A stretch of 28,415 nucleotides of DNA, taken from the NCBI GenBank assembly GCA_038328885.1, contig JBBQML010000001.1, positions 1 through 28,415 of the forward strand, written 5' to 3'. The DNA comes from Verrucomicrobiota bacterium. Its GTDB lineage: Bacteria > Verrucomicrobiota > Verrucomicrobiia > Limisphaerales > CAIMTB01. A program made the translations under genes and the position numbers. Positions within the stretch are counted from its first letter, which is position 1. Each line of letters starts with the position of its first letter. Positions 19,042 to 28,257 of this stretch are shown here, piece after piece. Under the pieces are notes generated by a model, which was given only the letters and a program-made list of their open reading frames with translations, had not been told where the DNA came from and ran no database searches.

Positions 19042-19953
19042 TCAGGGAGCGGGACGGTGGAAGGAGCCGGAGCGCCATTCCTTGCGTCGGGAATCACGGA
19101 TCAACTGCAGTCCGGCGGCGTGGAACCTCGCGCTCACGGTTTCGAACTCCTCGGCGAGAATGCCGGCCAGGACGAGGCGGCCTCCCGCGATCACCGGCGC
19201 CACCAGCCGGGGGGCGTGCAGCAACAGGAGGTCGGCGGTGAGATTGGCACACACGACATCATAGGTGTGCCCCCGGCTCGGGTTGTCGGGAAGCCGGGCC
19301 ACGTCGTCATGCGTCAACTGCATCCGGTCCAGCACGCCGTTGTCGCTGGCGTTGCGGCGGGCGACGTCGACGGCCTCCGGGTCGAAGTCAAACGCGCGCA
19401 CCGGACCGTAGCCGAGCTTGGCGGCGGCGATGGCGAGGATTCCTGACCCCGTTCCGATATCGAGGAGACTCGTCGCTGCCCGGCGGGGTGCAAGGCGGAC
19501 CACCTCGCGGAGGCAGAACTCCGTGGTGGGATGCTGGCCGGTGCCGAAGCTGAGGCCCGGGTCGAGGACGATCTCGACCTGCTCGCCCAGGGGACGGCGT
19601 CTGGACCAACTGGGTCGGACCAGCAGGCGGTGGCCGATGGCGAGCGGCTTGAAGTGCTTTTTCCAGGACTCGCGCCAATCGGCGGGCGGCACCGTCCGGA
19701 AGACGATCCGGCCGGGCTGGGTGTCCAGGTCGCAGTCGGCGATCGCCCTGAGGCCATGGCGGAGGTTCGCGCGGCGCGTCGGCAGGAGGGACGGTGTGTC
19801 GGTGAGGAAGACCGTCACGGTGCTCAGCCCGGTGACGCGGCTGTGGGTGGCGACGGCGGCTTGGCCGGTCTCCCGCAGGAGCAGTTCCGCGACCGCGTCC
19901 TCGGCCTCCCCGCTGGTGAGGATGGAAAGGGAATGCAGGGGGGGCGTTTGCAT
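19042..19953 (-). CDS. prmA: Ribosomal protein L11 methyltransferase
   Basis: 303 aa. WRESWKKHFKP, RPSW, LDPGLSFGTGQHPTT, LDIGTGSGILAIAAAKLG, DFDPEAV, VVCANL. Confidence 0.93.
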   Translation of the reverse strand: MQTPPLHSLSILTSGEAEDAVAELLLRETGQAAVATHSRVTGLSTVTVFLTDTPSLLPTRRANLRHGLRAIADCDLDTQPGRIVFRTVPPADWRESWKKHFKPLAIGHRLLVRPSWSRRRPLGEQVEIVLDPGLSFGTGQHPTTEFCLREVVRLAPRRAATSLLDIGTGSGILAIAAAKLGYGPVRAFDFDPEAVDVARRNASDNGVLDRMQLTHDDVARLPDNPSRGHTYDVVCANLTADLLLLHAPRLVAPVIAGGRLVLAGILAEEFETVSARFHAAGLQLIRDSRRKEWRSGSFHRPAP

Positions 19954-19958
19954 GACTG

Positions 19959-20900
19959 TCAGGGTACGGGCGGGGGTATGGGCGCGGGCGCGGTTGCGGG
20001 CGGCACGTTTCTCGGTGCGGCGGTGGTTGGTGGATCGGCTGGCGGCGCAGGCCGTGGGGTGGCGACGGCGGGCGCTGCGGGCGCTGCGGGTGTGGCGGGT
20101 GTGGCGGGTGTGGGAGCTTTGGCGAGGGGTGTCGCCGGGGTGAACTCCATCATTACGGCGGTGCCGAGCGGTGGGAGTCGGGCGGGGTCCGGCACGTGGA
20201 TGTCGTCGTTGTCCTGATCAGCGCGACCGCTGTTGGCCACCGCGCCCGGGTCACGAATCAGCGACACGATCGAGCCTTCGAAGTGCGCCACAAAACCCTC
20301 CGTGCTGAAGGTTGATCCGTTGAACAGCCAAGGACCCGGGGCGAGGTGGCCGGTGATGGCGCCGGCGAGGTCAGCGCCTCCGCCGGTGACCAGACCGATG
20401 AGCTTCTCGAGAGCCAGCCGGTTGGTCTGGCCGGCGGTGCTCCAGGCAACGGAGATTTCCAGGGCACTGGCCGGCGCTGGATCGGCTGAACCATGCGCCG
20501 CGAGACTTCCCGGTCCCGCAGGCTGGAGGTTCAGGAGCAGCAGGGCGCCCTGCAGGTCGCGTGGGCCGGCTTCGGTGATCAACAGGCTCTCGTGCGTCTT
20601 TCCGTAGTCCGTGACCAGGGCGTACTCGATCACGCCGTTGGTCTGGTTCAGACGCGCCGGCATGTACACGGTCCGTCGCCGCGGGTCGACGATTACCCGG
20701 CCGAGGCTCAGTGGGGCGGCATCCGCCGCGTGCAGGGGGCGAGCAGGCCAATCGCCCGCCACGACGACACCCAGCAGCGCGGCGAGGACGGTGCGGTGTG
20801 GCCGGACGATTCCCGTCCCGTCGGCGGTCGCTGGTCGACACGCCAGTCCGCCGGGCACGCTCCGCGAGCGGGCGGTGACATCAGCGGGGTCGGCGGCCAT
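19959..20900 (-). CDS. YdjY-like exported protein with a Pro/Ala-rich C-terminal tail
   Basis: Core LGRVIVDPRRRTVYMPARLNQTNGVIEYALV...GKTHESLL...LLLLNL and WLFNGS...EGSIVSLIRDP. Hydrophobic N-terminal segment and a PAT/PAA low-complexity tail. Start is 5 bp after the upstream gene's stop. Confidence 0.65.
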   Translation of the reverse strand: MAADPADVTARSRSVPGGLACRPATADGTGIVRPHRTVLAALLGVVVAGDWPARPLHAADAAPLSLGRVIVDPRRRTVYMPARLNQTNGVIEYALVTDYGKTHESLLITEAGPRDLQGALLLLNLQPAGPGSLAAHGSADPAPASALEISVAWSTAGQTNRLALEKLIGLVTGGGADLAGAITGHLAPGPWLFNGSTFSTEGFVAHFEGSIVSLIRDPGAVANSGRADQDNDDIHVPDPARLPPLGTAVMMEFTPATPLAKAPTPATPATPAAPAAPAVATPRPAPPADPPTTAAPRNVPPATAPAPIPPPVP

Positions 20901-20905
20901 GGCGG

Positions 20906-21664
20906 TCAGTCGCGGCGGGCGACGACGAAGGCGTTGAACATGGCCCAGCGCAGCGGGGTCGCGTTCAGGAGCCATTCCAACGGGGCCGGCACGTAACGAT
21001 CGGTGCATTCCACCCGTTCCACCCGGCATCCGAGTTGCTCCAGGAAGAAAGCGATCTCGAGGGGATTCGTGGCGACCGTCGCATCGTCGTCCGGTTTGAA
21101 GGGTTCGCGGATGATCGGCTCCATGCGCTCGAAACGCACGCGGTCGGGCTGCTCACGGATCCGGCGGCGGCGTGCTCGCAGCCCTTGGAGGTTGGACCAC
21201 TTGCAGGCGAGCCCCCGCATGCGGGGGTGGTAGCCAGGACCCAGCACGCGGAGAAAGTTCGGACTGCTGACCACCACCCTTCCACCGCGTTCCGCGACCC
21301 GGACGAGTTCGGCCAGGAATGCCTCCGGTTCGTCCACGTGCTCCAGCACATTGAGTGTGCCGACTGCGGCGAAGTGGCCGTCCGCGTAGGGCAACCGCCG
21401 GCCGTCGTAGAGTCGGGCGTGGGGGCAGACCTCGAGTGCGCGGGCGAGGTTCGGTTCGGAGATCTCGACGCCGTGGGCCTCGATGCCGTCGGCGGTCAGC
21501 TTACCGATGACCTGACCCACGCCGCAGCCGACGTCGAGAGACCTGCCGCCGGAAGACGGCGGGCGCAGGGCATCCGTATACTTCGAGTAGAACCGGGAGT
21601 CCCAGTTGGCGAGGAACTCGGCGTAGGCTTCGTTGTGGCGGTAGTAGGAGTCCTGGTGGCTCAA
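20906..21664 (-). CDS. Class I SAM-dependent methyltransferase (Methyltransf_11-like)
   Basis: SLDVGCGVG, GVEIS, LPYADGHF, NVLEHV, GGRVVVSSPN. The TTG start at 21664 is preceded by CATCCT 8 nt upstream. Confidence 0.85.
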   Translation of the reverse strand: MSHQDSYYRHNEAYAEFLANWDSRFYSKYTDALRPPSSGGRSLDVGCGVGQVIGKLTADGIEAHGVEISEPNLARALEVCPHARLYDGRRLPYADGHFAAVGTLNVLEHVDEPEAFLAELVRVAERGGRVVVSSPNFLRVLGPGYHPRMRGLACKWSNLQGLRARRRRIREQPDRVRFERMEPIIREPFKPDDDATVATNPLEIAFFLEQLGCRVERVECTDRYVPAPLEWLLNATPLRWAMFNAFVVARRD

Positions 21665-21752
21665 CGGCCGGGAGGATGGCGCGCCAGGGCGGGCGAGGCG
21701 AGGCCGATTGGAGAGCAGGAGGGTGCCGTGGAATCGGAACTGACCGCTGGGA

Positions 21753-22904
21753 TCAGAAGCGGAAATTGAGGCCCAGCGAGAACAGCGCGCTGCTGCTGAG
21801 ATCGAGTTCGGCAGATCGCCCCACGGCGTCGAGTTGGACACTCTCCAGAGCCTGGAACTCGGCCGCGGCGTAAACCCCGACATGGTCCGAGAGGCGTCCG
21901 GTGAGTTGGCCGCGGACGTAGCCCCCGAGCAGCCATTCGCTGCCGCTGGCACTCCCGGTGGCCGACCAGGCCGGTCCACCGACGACCTCGGCCCGTTCGG
22001 TGAAGCTGAACTCGCCGTCGAACAGGGCGACCGCCAATCCGCCGGACACTTGGGCCGAGAGCCAGTCGCCCAGCGGGATGTCGAGCATCGGCCCCAGTTT
22101 GAACCCGTAGAGCTCGCCGGTGAGTTCGCGATTGCCGCTGATCCGGGTGGGCACCGCTGCCGTGGTGCGGGTCGGGTTGTCGGACAGCACCGCTCCCGGG
22201 CCAACGAATGAACCCGCGAACGGGGCTGTCGGCGGGATCACTCCGTTGAGTGCGTAGGTGTCGGAGGTCTCCGTCACGCTGCCGGCCCGGGCGCTGTCGT
22301 CCCCGAGGTCGAGGCTCAGGAAGTTGAAGCCGAGCTCCAGCCCCCACCGTCCCCCCGCCCATTCACTGAGGACGCGGGTATAGCCCAATTCTCCGCCCCA
22401 TTGCGGATCCTCATTCCCGTCGGCGGTGTCGCCCCACGGGTTCCCGCTGTAGCCGTGGTGGACGATGGCGGTGTCGCCGGGGAGCACCTGGCTGCTCTTG
22501 TCATAGCCCCAGTTCCAGGTTTCCCCGGCGGCGTTCCCGCTGCTGTCGACCCGCACAAAGCCATCGAAGTAACTGCGGTCCGTGGCCCCGCCGGCGGGCG
22601 GTCCGAACTGGCCCACCAAGGGCGCGGCGGTGTTGCGGAACTCGACCTGGACGTTGAGCGCCGCCCGGCCTCCAACGTAGAACCGGTTCCGTTGGTCATC
22701 GAAATCCGCGGCCTGGACGGCGACGGCCTGCACGGCGACGCCGGAAAGAAGGCTCAGGCCCAGCGCACGTGCCGCGCCCCGACCTGGGGAGGGGATCCTG
22801 AGGCCGGACGGCGCCGACCGGGGAACTCGCGCTCCCGATGGGGTGGGAGTGGATCGGAGGCCGTTCAGGGGGACAGACAGCCGCGGTGGAGGGGAAGGCT
22901 TCAT
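21753..22904 (-). CDS. Outer-membrane beta-barrel protein of unknown function
   Basis: 383 aa. Signal-like ALGLSLLSGVAVQAVAVQA, amphipathic strands (WGGELGY, WGLELGFNF, LLGGYVRGQL), terminal FSLGLNFRF, which is a BAM beta-signal pattern. Confidence 0.75.
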   Translation of the reverse strand: MKPSPPPRLSVPLNGLRSTPTPSGARVPRSAPSGLRIPSPGRGAARALGLSLLSGVAVQAVAVQAADFDDQRNRFYVGGRAALNVQVEFRNTAAPLVGQFGPPAGGATDRSYFDGFVRVDSSGNAAGETWNWGYDKSSQVLPGDTAIVHHGYSGNPWGDTADGNEDPQWGGELGYTRVLSEWAGGRWGLELGFNFLSLDLGDDSARAGSVTETSDTYALNGVIPPTAPFAGSFVGPGAVLSDNPTRTTAAVPTRISGNRELTGELYGFKLGPMLDIPLGDWLSAQVSGGLAVALFDGEFSFTERAEVVGGPAWSATGSASGSEWLLGGYVRGQLTGRLSDHVGVYAAAEFQALESVQLDAVGRSAELDLSSSALFSLGLNFRF

Positions 22905-22947
22905 GGATGGGTTGCCAGATGGGGAACCAGATAGGAGCGGGTCGGGA

Positions 22948-25035
22948 TCAGGGAGCGGACGGGCCAAGACGGATGGCGCGGTAGAAGCGTTGGGCCTCGG
23001 CGGGGGGCACGCTGCGCGTCTCGGGTGGGCCCTGGTCGATCCATTGCGTGCGTGTCCCACCGGCGAGGACGGCGGTCGCGGCGGGGGTCCAGGTCACGAG
23101 GTCCTCGGAGTATTCGATCCCATACCGTGCACCGGGCTCGGAAACGAATTCTACGAGCAACCCTCCCGCCGGCAGGGGCCGGGTGCGGTCCACGGAGAAG
23201 CGCGGCCCTTCGGGAGTGGCCGGTGCGTCCCAGGTGCCGTAGCGCGTGAGGTAGGTCGGGGCGGTGAAGCCGGTGCGGTTGGGCTGCCGGAACGTCAACG
23301 TCAGATCCGCCTGTCCGCCCTTGGGCGGGGCGCTGACGAGCTGGAAATAGTGCCCATCGCCATCCTGGCCGAGGGCGTTCGGCAGGGTGACATCCGCCGG
23401 CAGCCCGCTGACGACGATCCTCACCTGGTCGGTGGCTGATCCGCCGAAACGCGTGAACCGGACCCGGTGCTCGTAGAGGCCCGTCTGGCGGTTCAGAGTA
23501 ATCCCGCCCAGGGGTTGGAACTCCGTTTCGGTCACGAGGAGCGTTTGCCGGGCGGTCACCTGGCTGAATTCCTGGACGAGCCCGGAGGGCCATTCGATGC
23601 GCACGACCTCGGCCGCGCCCGCATCGCCAAGGCCGAAGTGGGCGACGAGTTCCTGGGATCCCTGCGCGTCTTCGCCGCCCACCTGGCGGAGTTGCCAGAC
23701 CGTTTGCCCGCCGATGGTTGCCTTCACGCGCACCCGGGCTCCGATGCCCGCCCGGTTGGAGAACCGGCCGTCCAAACGCAGGCGCAACCAGGCGTTGCCG
23801 GTTGCTTCGTTCCGGTACAACGAGGGACTGCCCTGTCCTTCCCAGTTCGTCAGAAGGACATCCAGGTCGCCGTCGAGGTCGTAGTCGGCCAGGGCGACTC
23901 CGTTGGCGCCGTTGGCGCGGTTGGCGATCGGGCCGTTGGTGATCGACTCGAAGCGGCCGTCCCCGGTGCCCCGAAACAGCAACTGCCCGCTCTGCCGTCG
24001 GGCGATCAGGACGTCGAGCCAGCCGTCGTTGTCGAAATCGGCGAACACGCCACCGACGCACAATCCTCTGGAGGTCGTCAAGGGCGGGCGATCGAGGCGG
24101 GTGAAGATGCCATCTCCGTCGTTGCGGTAGAGGCCGTGGCCGGGGTCGCCATGAACCACCAGAAGATCGAGGTCCCCGTCGTTGTCGTAGTCGCCCCAGG
24201 CGGCTGAGGCCGAGCCCAGAAAGGCCGCTTCCTCCGCGATGGGGCCGGTGAGCACGCGTTCGAAGCTGCCATCGCCGCGGTTGTGGAAGAGTGAACCCCT
24301 TCCCCAAATGTTCGCCACGAAGAGATCCAGCCAGCCGTCGCCGTCGTAGTCGGCAGCCGCGCCACCCACTGAGTTGAGGACATCCTCCGCCACCACCCCG
24401 TCCGTGTCCCGGGCGAATGCGCCGCCGCCGAGGCCACGCAGAAGCAGGTCGGCCTCGGGTTGGAACCCACCGCCGTTGGGCACGAAGAAGTCGATCCACC
24501 CGTCGCGGTTGAAATCCCCGGCGACAGCGGACTGTCCCAGTCCGCCCGTGGCGGAGAACGGCGGGTTGAGATCGGAGACGAAGGTGCCGTCGCCTTGGTT
24601 TCGGTAGAGGAGGTCGTTCTCCGAGGCTGACGTCCCGACGAAAAGGTCGAGGTCGCCGTCGTTCTCTACATCCGTCCAGACGGCCCCTGCCCGGGAGGCG
24701 ATGTCCGTGCCGATCGTCCCGTCGGTCACCGCCACGAAGCCGTCAGGGGTGTTCCGGAAAAAGGCCGCGGGCGCGTTGAAGAGGGTCGAGAGGTAGGGAT
24801 CGGGCCGGCCGTCGAGGTCGAAGTCGCCCCAGGCCGCCGAATAGGCCAGGGCGGTGACGGCGGAGAGCGGGCCGGCGTCCACCTCGCTGAAGGGGAGAGT
24901 GGCGGCTGCGGTGGCGAGGGAGAACGCGCTGCCGGCGACCGTCGCCAGGGCCAAGGCGGTGACGGCGGAGTGCCCGCGGACCCGACCCAAGTGGAGCGAA
25001 CGACGATCGCCGTGACGGCAGTCGAGGAGCTTCAT
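22948..25035 (-). CDS. Secreted FG-GAP/VCBS-repeat + ASPIC/UnbV (CRTAC1-like) protein with an extra C-terminal module
   Basis: Signal peptide and seven DxDxDGxxD repeats (GDFDLDGRPD, TDVENDGDLD, GDFNRDGWID, ADYDGDGWLD, GDYDNDGDLD, ADFDNDGWLD, ADYDLDGDLD). ASPIC/UnbV motif NRAGIGARV...HFGLG...IEWPSG. Tail ending YGIEYSEDLVTW...WIDQGPP...RFYR. Confidence 0.9.
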   Translation of the reverse strand: MKLLDCRHGDRRSLHLGRVRGHSAVTALALATVAGSAFSLATAAATLPFSEVDAGPLSAVTALAYSAAWGDFDLDGRPDPYLSTLFNAPAAFFRNTPDGFVAVTDGTIGTDIASRAGAVWTDVENDGDLDLFVGTSASENDLLYRNQGDGTFVSDLNPPFSATGGLGQSAVAGDFNRDGWIDFFVPNGGGFQPEADLLLRGLGGGAFARDTDGVVAEDVLNSVGGAAADYDGDGWLDLFVANIWGRGSLFHNRGDGSFERVLTGPIAEEAAFLGSASAAWGDYDNDGDLDLLVVHGDPGHGLYRNDGDGIFTRLDRPPLTTSRGLCVGGVFADFDNDGWLDVLIARRQSGQLLFRGTGDGRFESITNGPIANRANGANGVALADYDLDGDLDVLLTNWEGQGSPSLYRNEATGNAWLRLRLDGRFSNRAGIGARVRVKATIGGQTVWQLRQVGGEDAQGSQELVAHFGLGDAGAAEVVRIEWPSGLVQEFSQVTARQTLLVTETEFQPLGGITLNRQTGLYEHRVRFTRFGGSATDQVRIVVSGLPADVTLPNALGQDGDGHYFQLVSAPPKGGQADLTLTFRQPNRTGFTAPTYLTRYGTWDAPATPEGPRFSVDRTRPLPAGGLLVEFVSEPGARYGIEYSEDLVTWTPAATAVLAGGTRTQWIDQGPPETRSVPPAEAQRFYRAIRLGPSAP

Positions 25036-25066
25036 AAGGCGGCGGAGTTTGCGAATAGGACGCCGA

Positions 25067-25094
25067 AGGTTGCCATTCCCCGCCGGTCTGGCAA
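25067..25094 (-). promoter_or_regulatory. Putative promoter for the FG-GAP gene
   Basis: On the minus strand: TTGCCA, 16 nt, CAACCT. A second CAnnnT box (CAAACT, 25051-25046) lies 10 nt before the ATG. Confidence 0.4.
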
Positions 25095-25115
25095 GGGGGT
25101 TCGGGTGGAGTTCCG

Positions 25116-25325
25116 GGGTCCGGGGTCCGGGGTCGGAGGTCGGAGGTCCGGGGTCCGAGGTCCGAGGTCAGAGGTCAGAGGTCGGAGGTCGGAGGTCGGA
25201 GGTCCGAGGTCCGAGGTCCGAGGTCCGAGGTCCGAGAGCCGAGGTCCGAGGTCGGAGGTCAGAGGTCAGAGATCCGAGATCCGAGATCCGAGGTCCGAGG
25301 TCCGAGAGCCGAGAGCCGAGAGCCG
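25116..25325 (+). repeat. Heptamer tandem array, exactly 30 units
   Basis: AGGTCCG x10, AGGTCGG x5, AGGTCAG x4, AGAGCCG x4, AGATCCG x3, GGGTCCG x3, GGGTCGG x1. 210 bp with no indels. Confidence 0.97.
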
Positions 25326-25356
25326 CGGCACGAAAATGGACGGCGACCGGGCTCGG

Positions 25357-25448
25357 GCGTCGCGGAGCGACTGCAGGATGGTAGCCGTGGGCTGTGAGCC
25401 CACGGAACCGGCGCATCGACCCCCTGAGTGCGTCGCGTCGCGGAGCGA
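25357..25448. repeat. REP/BIME-like composite palindromic element
   Basis: GCGTCGCGGAGCGA direct repeats at 25357-25370 and 25435-25448, each a small hairpin, flank the perfect hairpin CCGTGGGCT-GTG-AGCCCACGG (25385-25405). Confidence 0.7.
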
Positions 25449-25450
25449 TC

Positions 25451-28111
25451 CTACCGGTTCCTCCACGCGACCCAACCGCAGAGCGCGAGGCCGGCAGCAA
25501 GGGCCGAGAGGGAGGTCCAGAAGGTGGTGAGGGACGGCTCGAACCGGAACTCTACCTGGTGCTTGCCCGGCCCCAGGTACACCCCGCGCATGAGGAAGTT
25601 CGCCCGAAGCAATGTGTCTTCCTTTCCATCGACGTACACATGCCAGCTCGGATCGTGTTTGTCGTTCAACAGGAGCACGGCAGGGGTGCGCGTCTCGGTG
25701 GCCAGAACCACGCGCGTGGGGGAGTACGACTGGTGCGCGACGGTGCCGGCGGGTTGCGTGGCGGTGTCCACGGCGGGCGCGGGCACCTGCTCGGCCACCA
25801 GCACCTCGGCGTGCGGGTTGAAGTTCGTCGAGGCCAGCAAGCTGAGGGATTCCTCGTCGGTCACGGCACTGCGCCAGCGGTCGAAGAGCATGGCCCTGGG
25901 CAGGGCGCCGGTGAACTCAAGCAGGCCGAACGGCCCGGTGCTGTTCGTTTCCACCTGGATCACGCCGGTCGGTGTCTGGGAGAGGTTGAAGGCGGTCCGG
26001 AGGCGGAAGCGTTTCTGGACCGTGTCCAGTTGCTCGTTCATGGCGTCGGCCAACGGAGCCAGGGTGAGCAACCAGCGGACATTCCCGAGTTCCCACTCGC
26101 GGAGCGGTTGTCCGCGGAGCGCCTGGAGATAGGCCGCACGGTCGGCCGGGATTCGCGGCATCTGGACGATGTCGAGCGACTGGATGTCGTAGTAGCGGAA
26201 CTGGTGTTGCAGCCACTCGATGCCATAGACCGAGCCGAGGGATTCCTGGAGGCGACCGCCCTGGCCGGGGAGGGCGAAGGGCATCTGGCCGGTGAGGCGG
26301 CCTTCGTGTGGAGCGCGGCGCAGGAGTTCGAAGAGAGGATTGGAGGCGTACCGCTCGCGCCAGTTGTAATGCTGGATCCATGGGATGTTGGCTCGCGCGA
26401 GGTCCAGGCAGAGCAATCCGCCCAGCGCCACCGTGGCCAGTCGCGCGCGGGCTCCGGCGAAGACGCCCCCCAGCGTCGCCAGGACAATCAACACGCCCAG
26501 GGCCAGCAAGCCGGCAAAGATCCCGACCTCCTGAATGCTGTGCCGGGCGATGGGCTCCGCTTGCGCCGCTTCGAAACCAACCAATCCGAGGTGCTGGACC
26601 AGGCCGCTTCGCGAAGTCCCGTAGATCAGCCAACCCAGGATGGCGGCGGCCGTCAGGACCGCCGTGCCCAGGGCCCAGCGCTGTTCCCAGGCGCCTGAGC
26701 GACGGAACGTCGCCCGCACGGCCTCGATGAACCCTGGACTGCCGGTTCGCGGGGCTGCCGTGGTCACCCAGCCCCGCCAGAGCGCCTGCAGGCCGTACGC
26801 GAACAGCACCACCAGACAGAGGCTCAGCGGGTGCAGGAACTTCACCGGGTTCCGGATCGTGTTGAAGTAAGGGAGGGCATAGATGACCTGGTAGAACGGC
26901 GCGTAGCGGCCGAAGGCGAAGAGCAGCGACAGCAGTGCCGCGGCTCCCCAGAACCACACCCAGCGCCGTTCCGCGGGGGTGAACGCGCCCACACCTTCCC
27001 GGCGAAGGCTCCGGGCCAGCGCGAACGCGGCCAGCAGCACGACCAGCACCCCGGCGTAGTGCCCGGCGCCGGAGTAGCGCAGGATCGCCCGGGGCGCCTG
27101 CTGCGGGTTGGGGCTCCGGGCCGACAGGTAGTCGTCCCACTGGGGATGGCTGCCCACGAGGCCCCAGTACTGGCCGCCTTCCGGGGTGTCCATGCGGTAA
27201 CCGTAGAGCCCCGGGATCACGGTCCGCAGCGTTTCGCGCGGGGGCAGGCTCCATTGGGTGGACTCGAGCCAGCGGTTGGCCCGGCTTTCCTTGTCCTGGC
27301 TCATTCCCACGACACCGGACACGTTGAGTTGGACCAGGCTGATGAGCACATGCGCCGCCACGAGTCCGGACACCACCGCCACCACCGCGGTGCCGAGGAC
27401 CCCCGCCCCCAGGCGCCGTGCCGCGGGGACGGTCCGGCCCTGCAGCCAGGCGTGCACGAGGGCGAAGGCGGCGACGTAGAGACTGAAGATCGCGCCGTTG
27501 TCGAAGCCCTCCATCAGGGCATGACCCAGGGCCACCCCCGCGAGCACGGGTCTGGCCCAGGCGGGCCGCGCGCCCGAGGTCAGTGCGGCGAGGGCGAGGA
27601 ACACCGAGGCCACGCAGAGGGTCAGCGTGCCGAGCCCCCAGCAGGCATAGGAGAAGAAGTCCGTGTTGAGTGCCGCCGCGACGCCCCCGAGCAGGCAGAC
27701 CGCCGGGTGAAAACCCAGTTGCCGAAAAAAGAGCCACGCGCTCAGGCCGAGCACGACCAGGGTGATCGCCGGGTAAAACTTGATGAAGCCCAGCGGACCC
27801 AGGGCCCAGGCCAGCAACGAGGTCAGGTCGAAGGGTGTGCTGCCCCCGTTCAAACCCACCCAGTTGAGGTCGGCCCAGACCCCCATCCACGCGGCTGGGA
27901 ACCGGTTGCAGGCCGCCGCCACCAACCCCAACGGGCCGTCGTTGGCGAAGGTGGCCATGTCGGGGTTGAAGCTCTCCCGGAAAAGGAAACCGACCACCGC
28001 AACCAGCAGTCCCAGGATCACCCACGGTCCACCGCTTCGACGGGCGGGCGCGGAGTCGGTGGACACCGGACGGGCTGGGGACGGAGGGGCGGCGGCAGGA
28101 CGCGAAGCCAT
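25451..28111 (-). CDS. YfhO-like multi-pass membrane protein (putative GT-C glycosyltransferase)
   Basis: 886 aa from ATG 28111 with many TM helices. Motifs FANDGP, HYAGVLV, FGRYAPFY...PYFNTIRNPVKF. YfhO-type C-terminus LLLNDKHDPSWHVYVDG...ANFLMRGVYLGPGKHQVEFRF followed by a final TM helix. Confidence 0.82.
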   Translation of the reverse strand: MASRPAAAPPSPARPVSTDSAPARRSGGPWVILGLLVAVVGFLFRESFNPDMATFANDGPLGLVAAACNRFPAAWMGVWADLNWVGLNGGSTPFDLTSLLAWALGPLGFIKFYPAITLVVLGLSAWLFFRQLGFHPAVCLLGGVAAALNTDFFSYACWGLGTLTLCVASVFLALAALTSGARPAWARPVLAGVALGHALMEGFDNGAIFSLYVAAFALVHAWLQGRTVPAARRLGAGVLGTAVVAVVSGLVAAHVLISLVQLNVSGVVGMSQDKESRANRWLESTQWSLPPRETLRTVIPGLYGYRMDTPEGGQYWGLVGSHPQWDDYLSARSPNPQQAPRAILRYSGAGHYAGVLVVLLAAFALARSLRREGVGAFTPAERRWVWFWGAAALLSLLFAFGRYAPFYQVIYALPYFNTIRNPVKFLHPLSLCLVVLFAYGLQALWRGWVTTAAPRTGSPGFIEAVRATFRRSGAWEQRWALGTAVLTAAAILGWLIYGTSRSGLVQHLGLVGFEAAQAEPIARHSIQEVGIFAGLLALGVLIVLATLGGVFAGARARLATVALGGLLCLDLARANIPWIQHYNWRERYASNPLFELLRRAPHEGRLTGQMPFALPGQGGRLQESLGSVYGIEWLQHQFRYYDIQSLDIVQMPRIPADRAAYLQALRGQPLREWELGNVRWLLTLAPLADAMNEQLDTVQKRFRLRTAFNLSQTPTGVIQVETNSTGPFGLLEFTGALPRAMLFDRWRSAVTDEESLSLLASTNFNPHAEVLVAEQVPAPAVDTATQPAGTVAHQSYSPTRVVLATETRTPAVLLLNDKHDPSWHVYVDGKEDTLLRANFLMRGVYLGPGKHQVEFRFEPSLTTFWTSLSALAAGLALCGWVAWRNR

Positions 28112-28120
28112 GTGGCCGGC

Positions 28121-28149
28121 ACGATGCCCTCGGTGCCGGGACCCGACAA
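28121..28149 (-). promoter_or_regulatory. Putative short-leader promoter for the YfhO-like gene
   Basis: On the minus strand: TTGTCG, 17 nt, CATCGT, 9 nt, ATG at 28111. Confidence 0.55.
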
Positions 28150-28160
28150 GGCCTTCGGCG

Positions 28161-28244
28161 TCTTGGGTCGTCGGTCGTCGGTCTTGGGTCTTGGGTCGTC
28201 GGACTATTGCCGACTGAGGACTGTCGATTGAGGATTTGCGATTG
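28161..28244 (+). repeat. Two further heptamer tracts in phase
   Basis: Six units of TCTTGGG/TCGTCGG (28161-28202), then six degenerate units ACTATTG CCGACTG AGGACTG TCGATTG AGGATTT GCGATTG (28203-28244). Confidence 0.8.
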
Positions 28245-28257
28245 CCCGAAGAGTGCA

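Noticed and set aside
20906-22204. 432-aa version of the methyltransferase ORF
   Set aside because: The first 180 codons overlap the beta-barrel gene in another frame and are low-complexity. Homology starts near TTG 21664.
24970-25530. ORFs translating as RSEVRGPRSEV / LGPRTSDL repeats
   Set aside because: They are translations of the heptamer array, which has no stop codons in these frames. There is no start context or protein-like composition.
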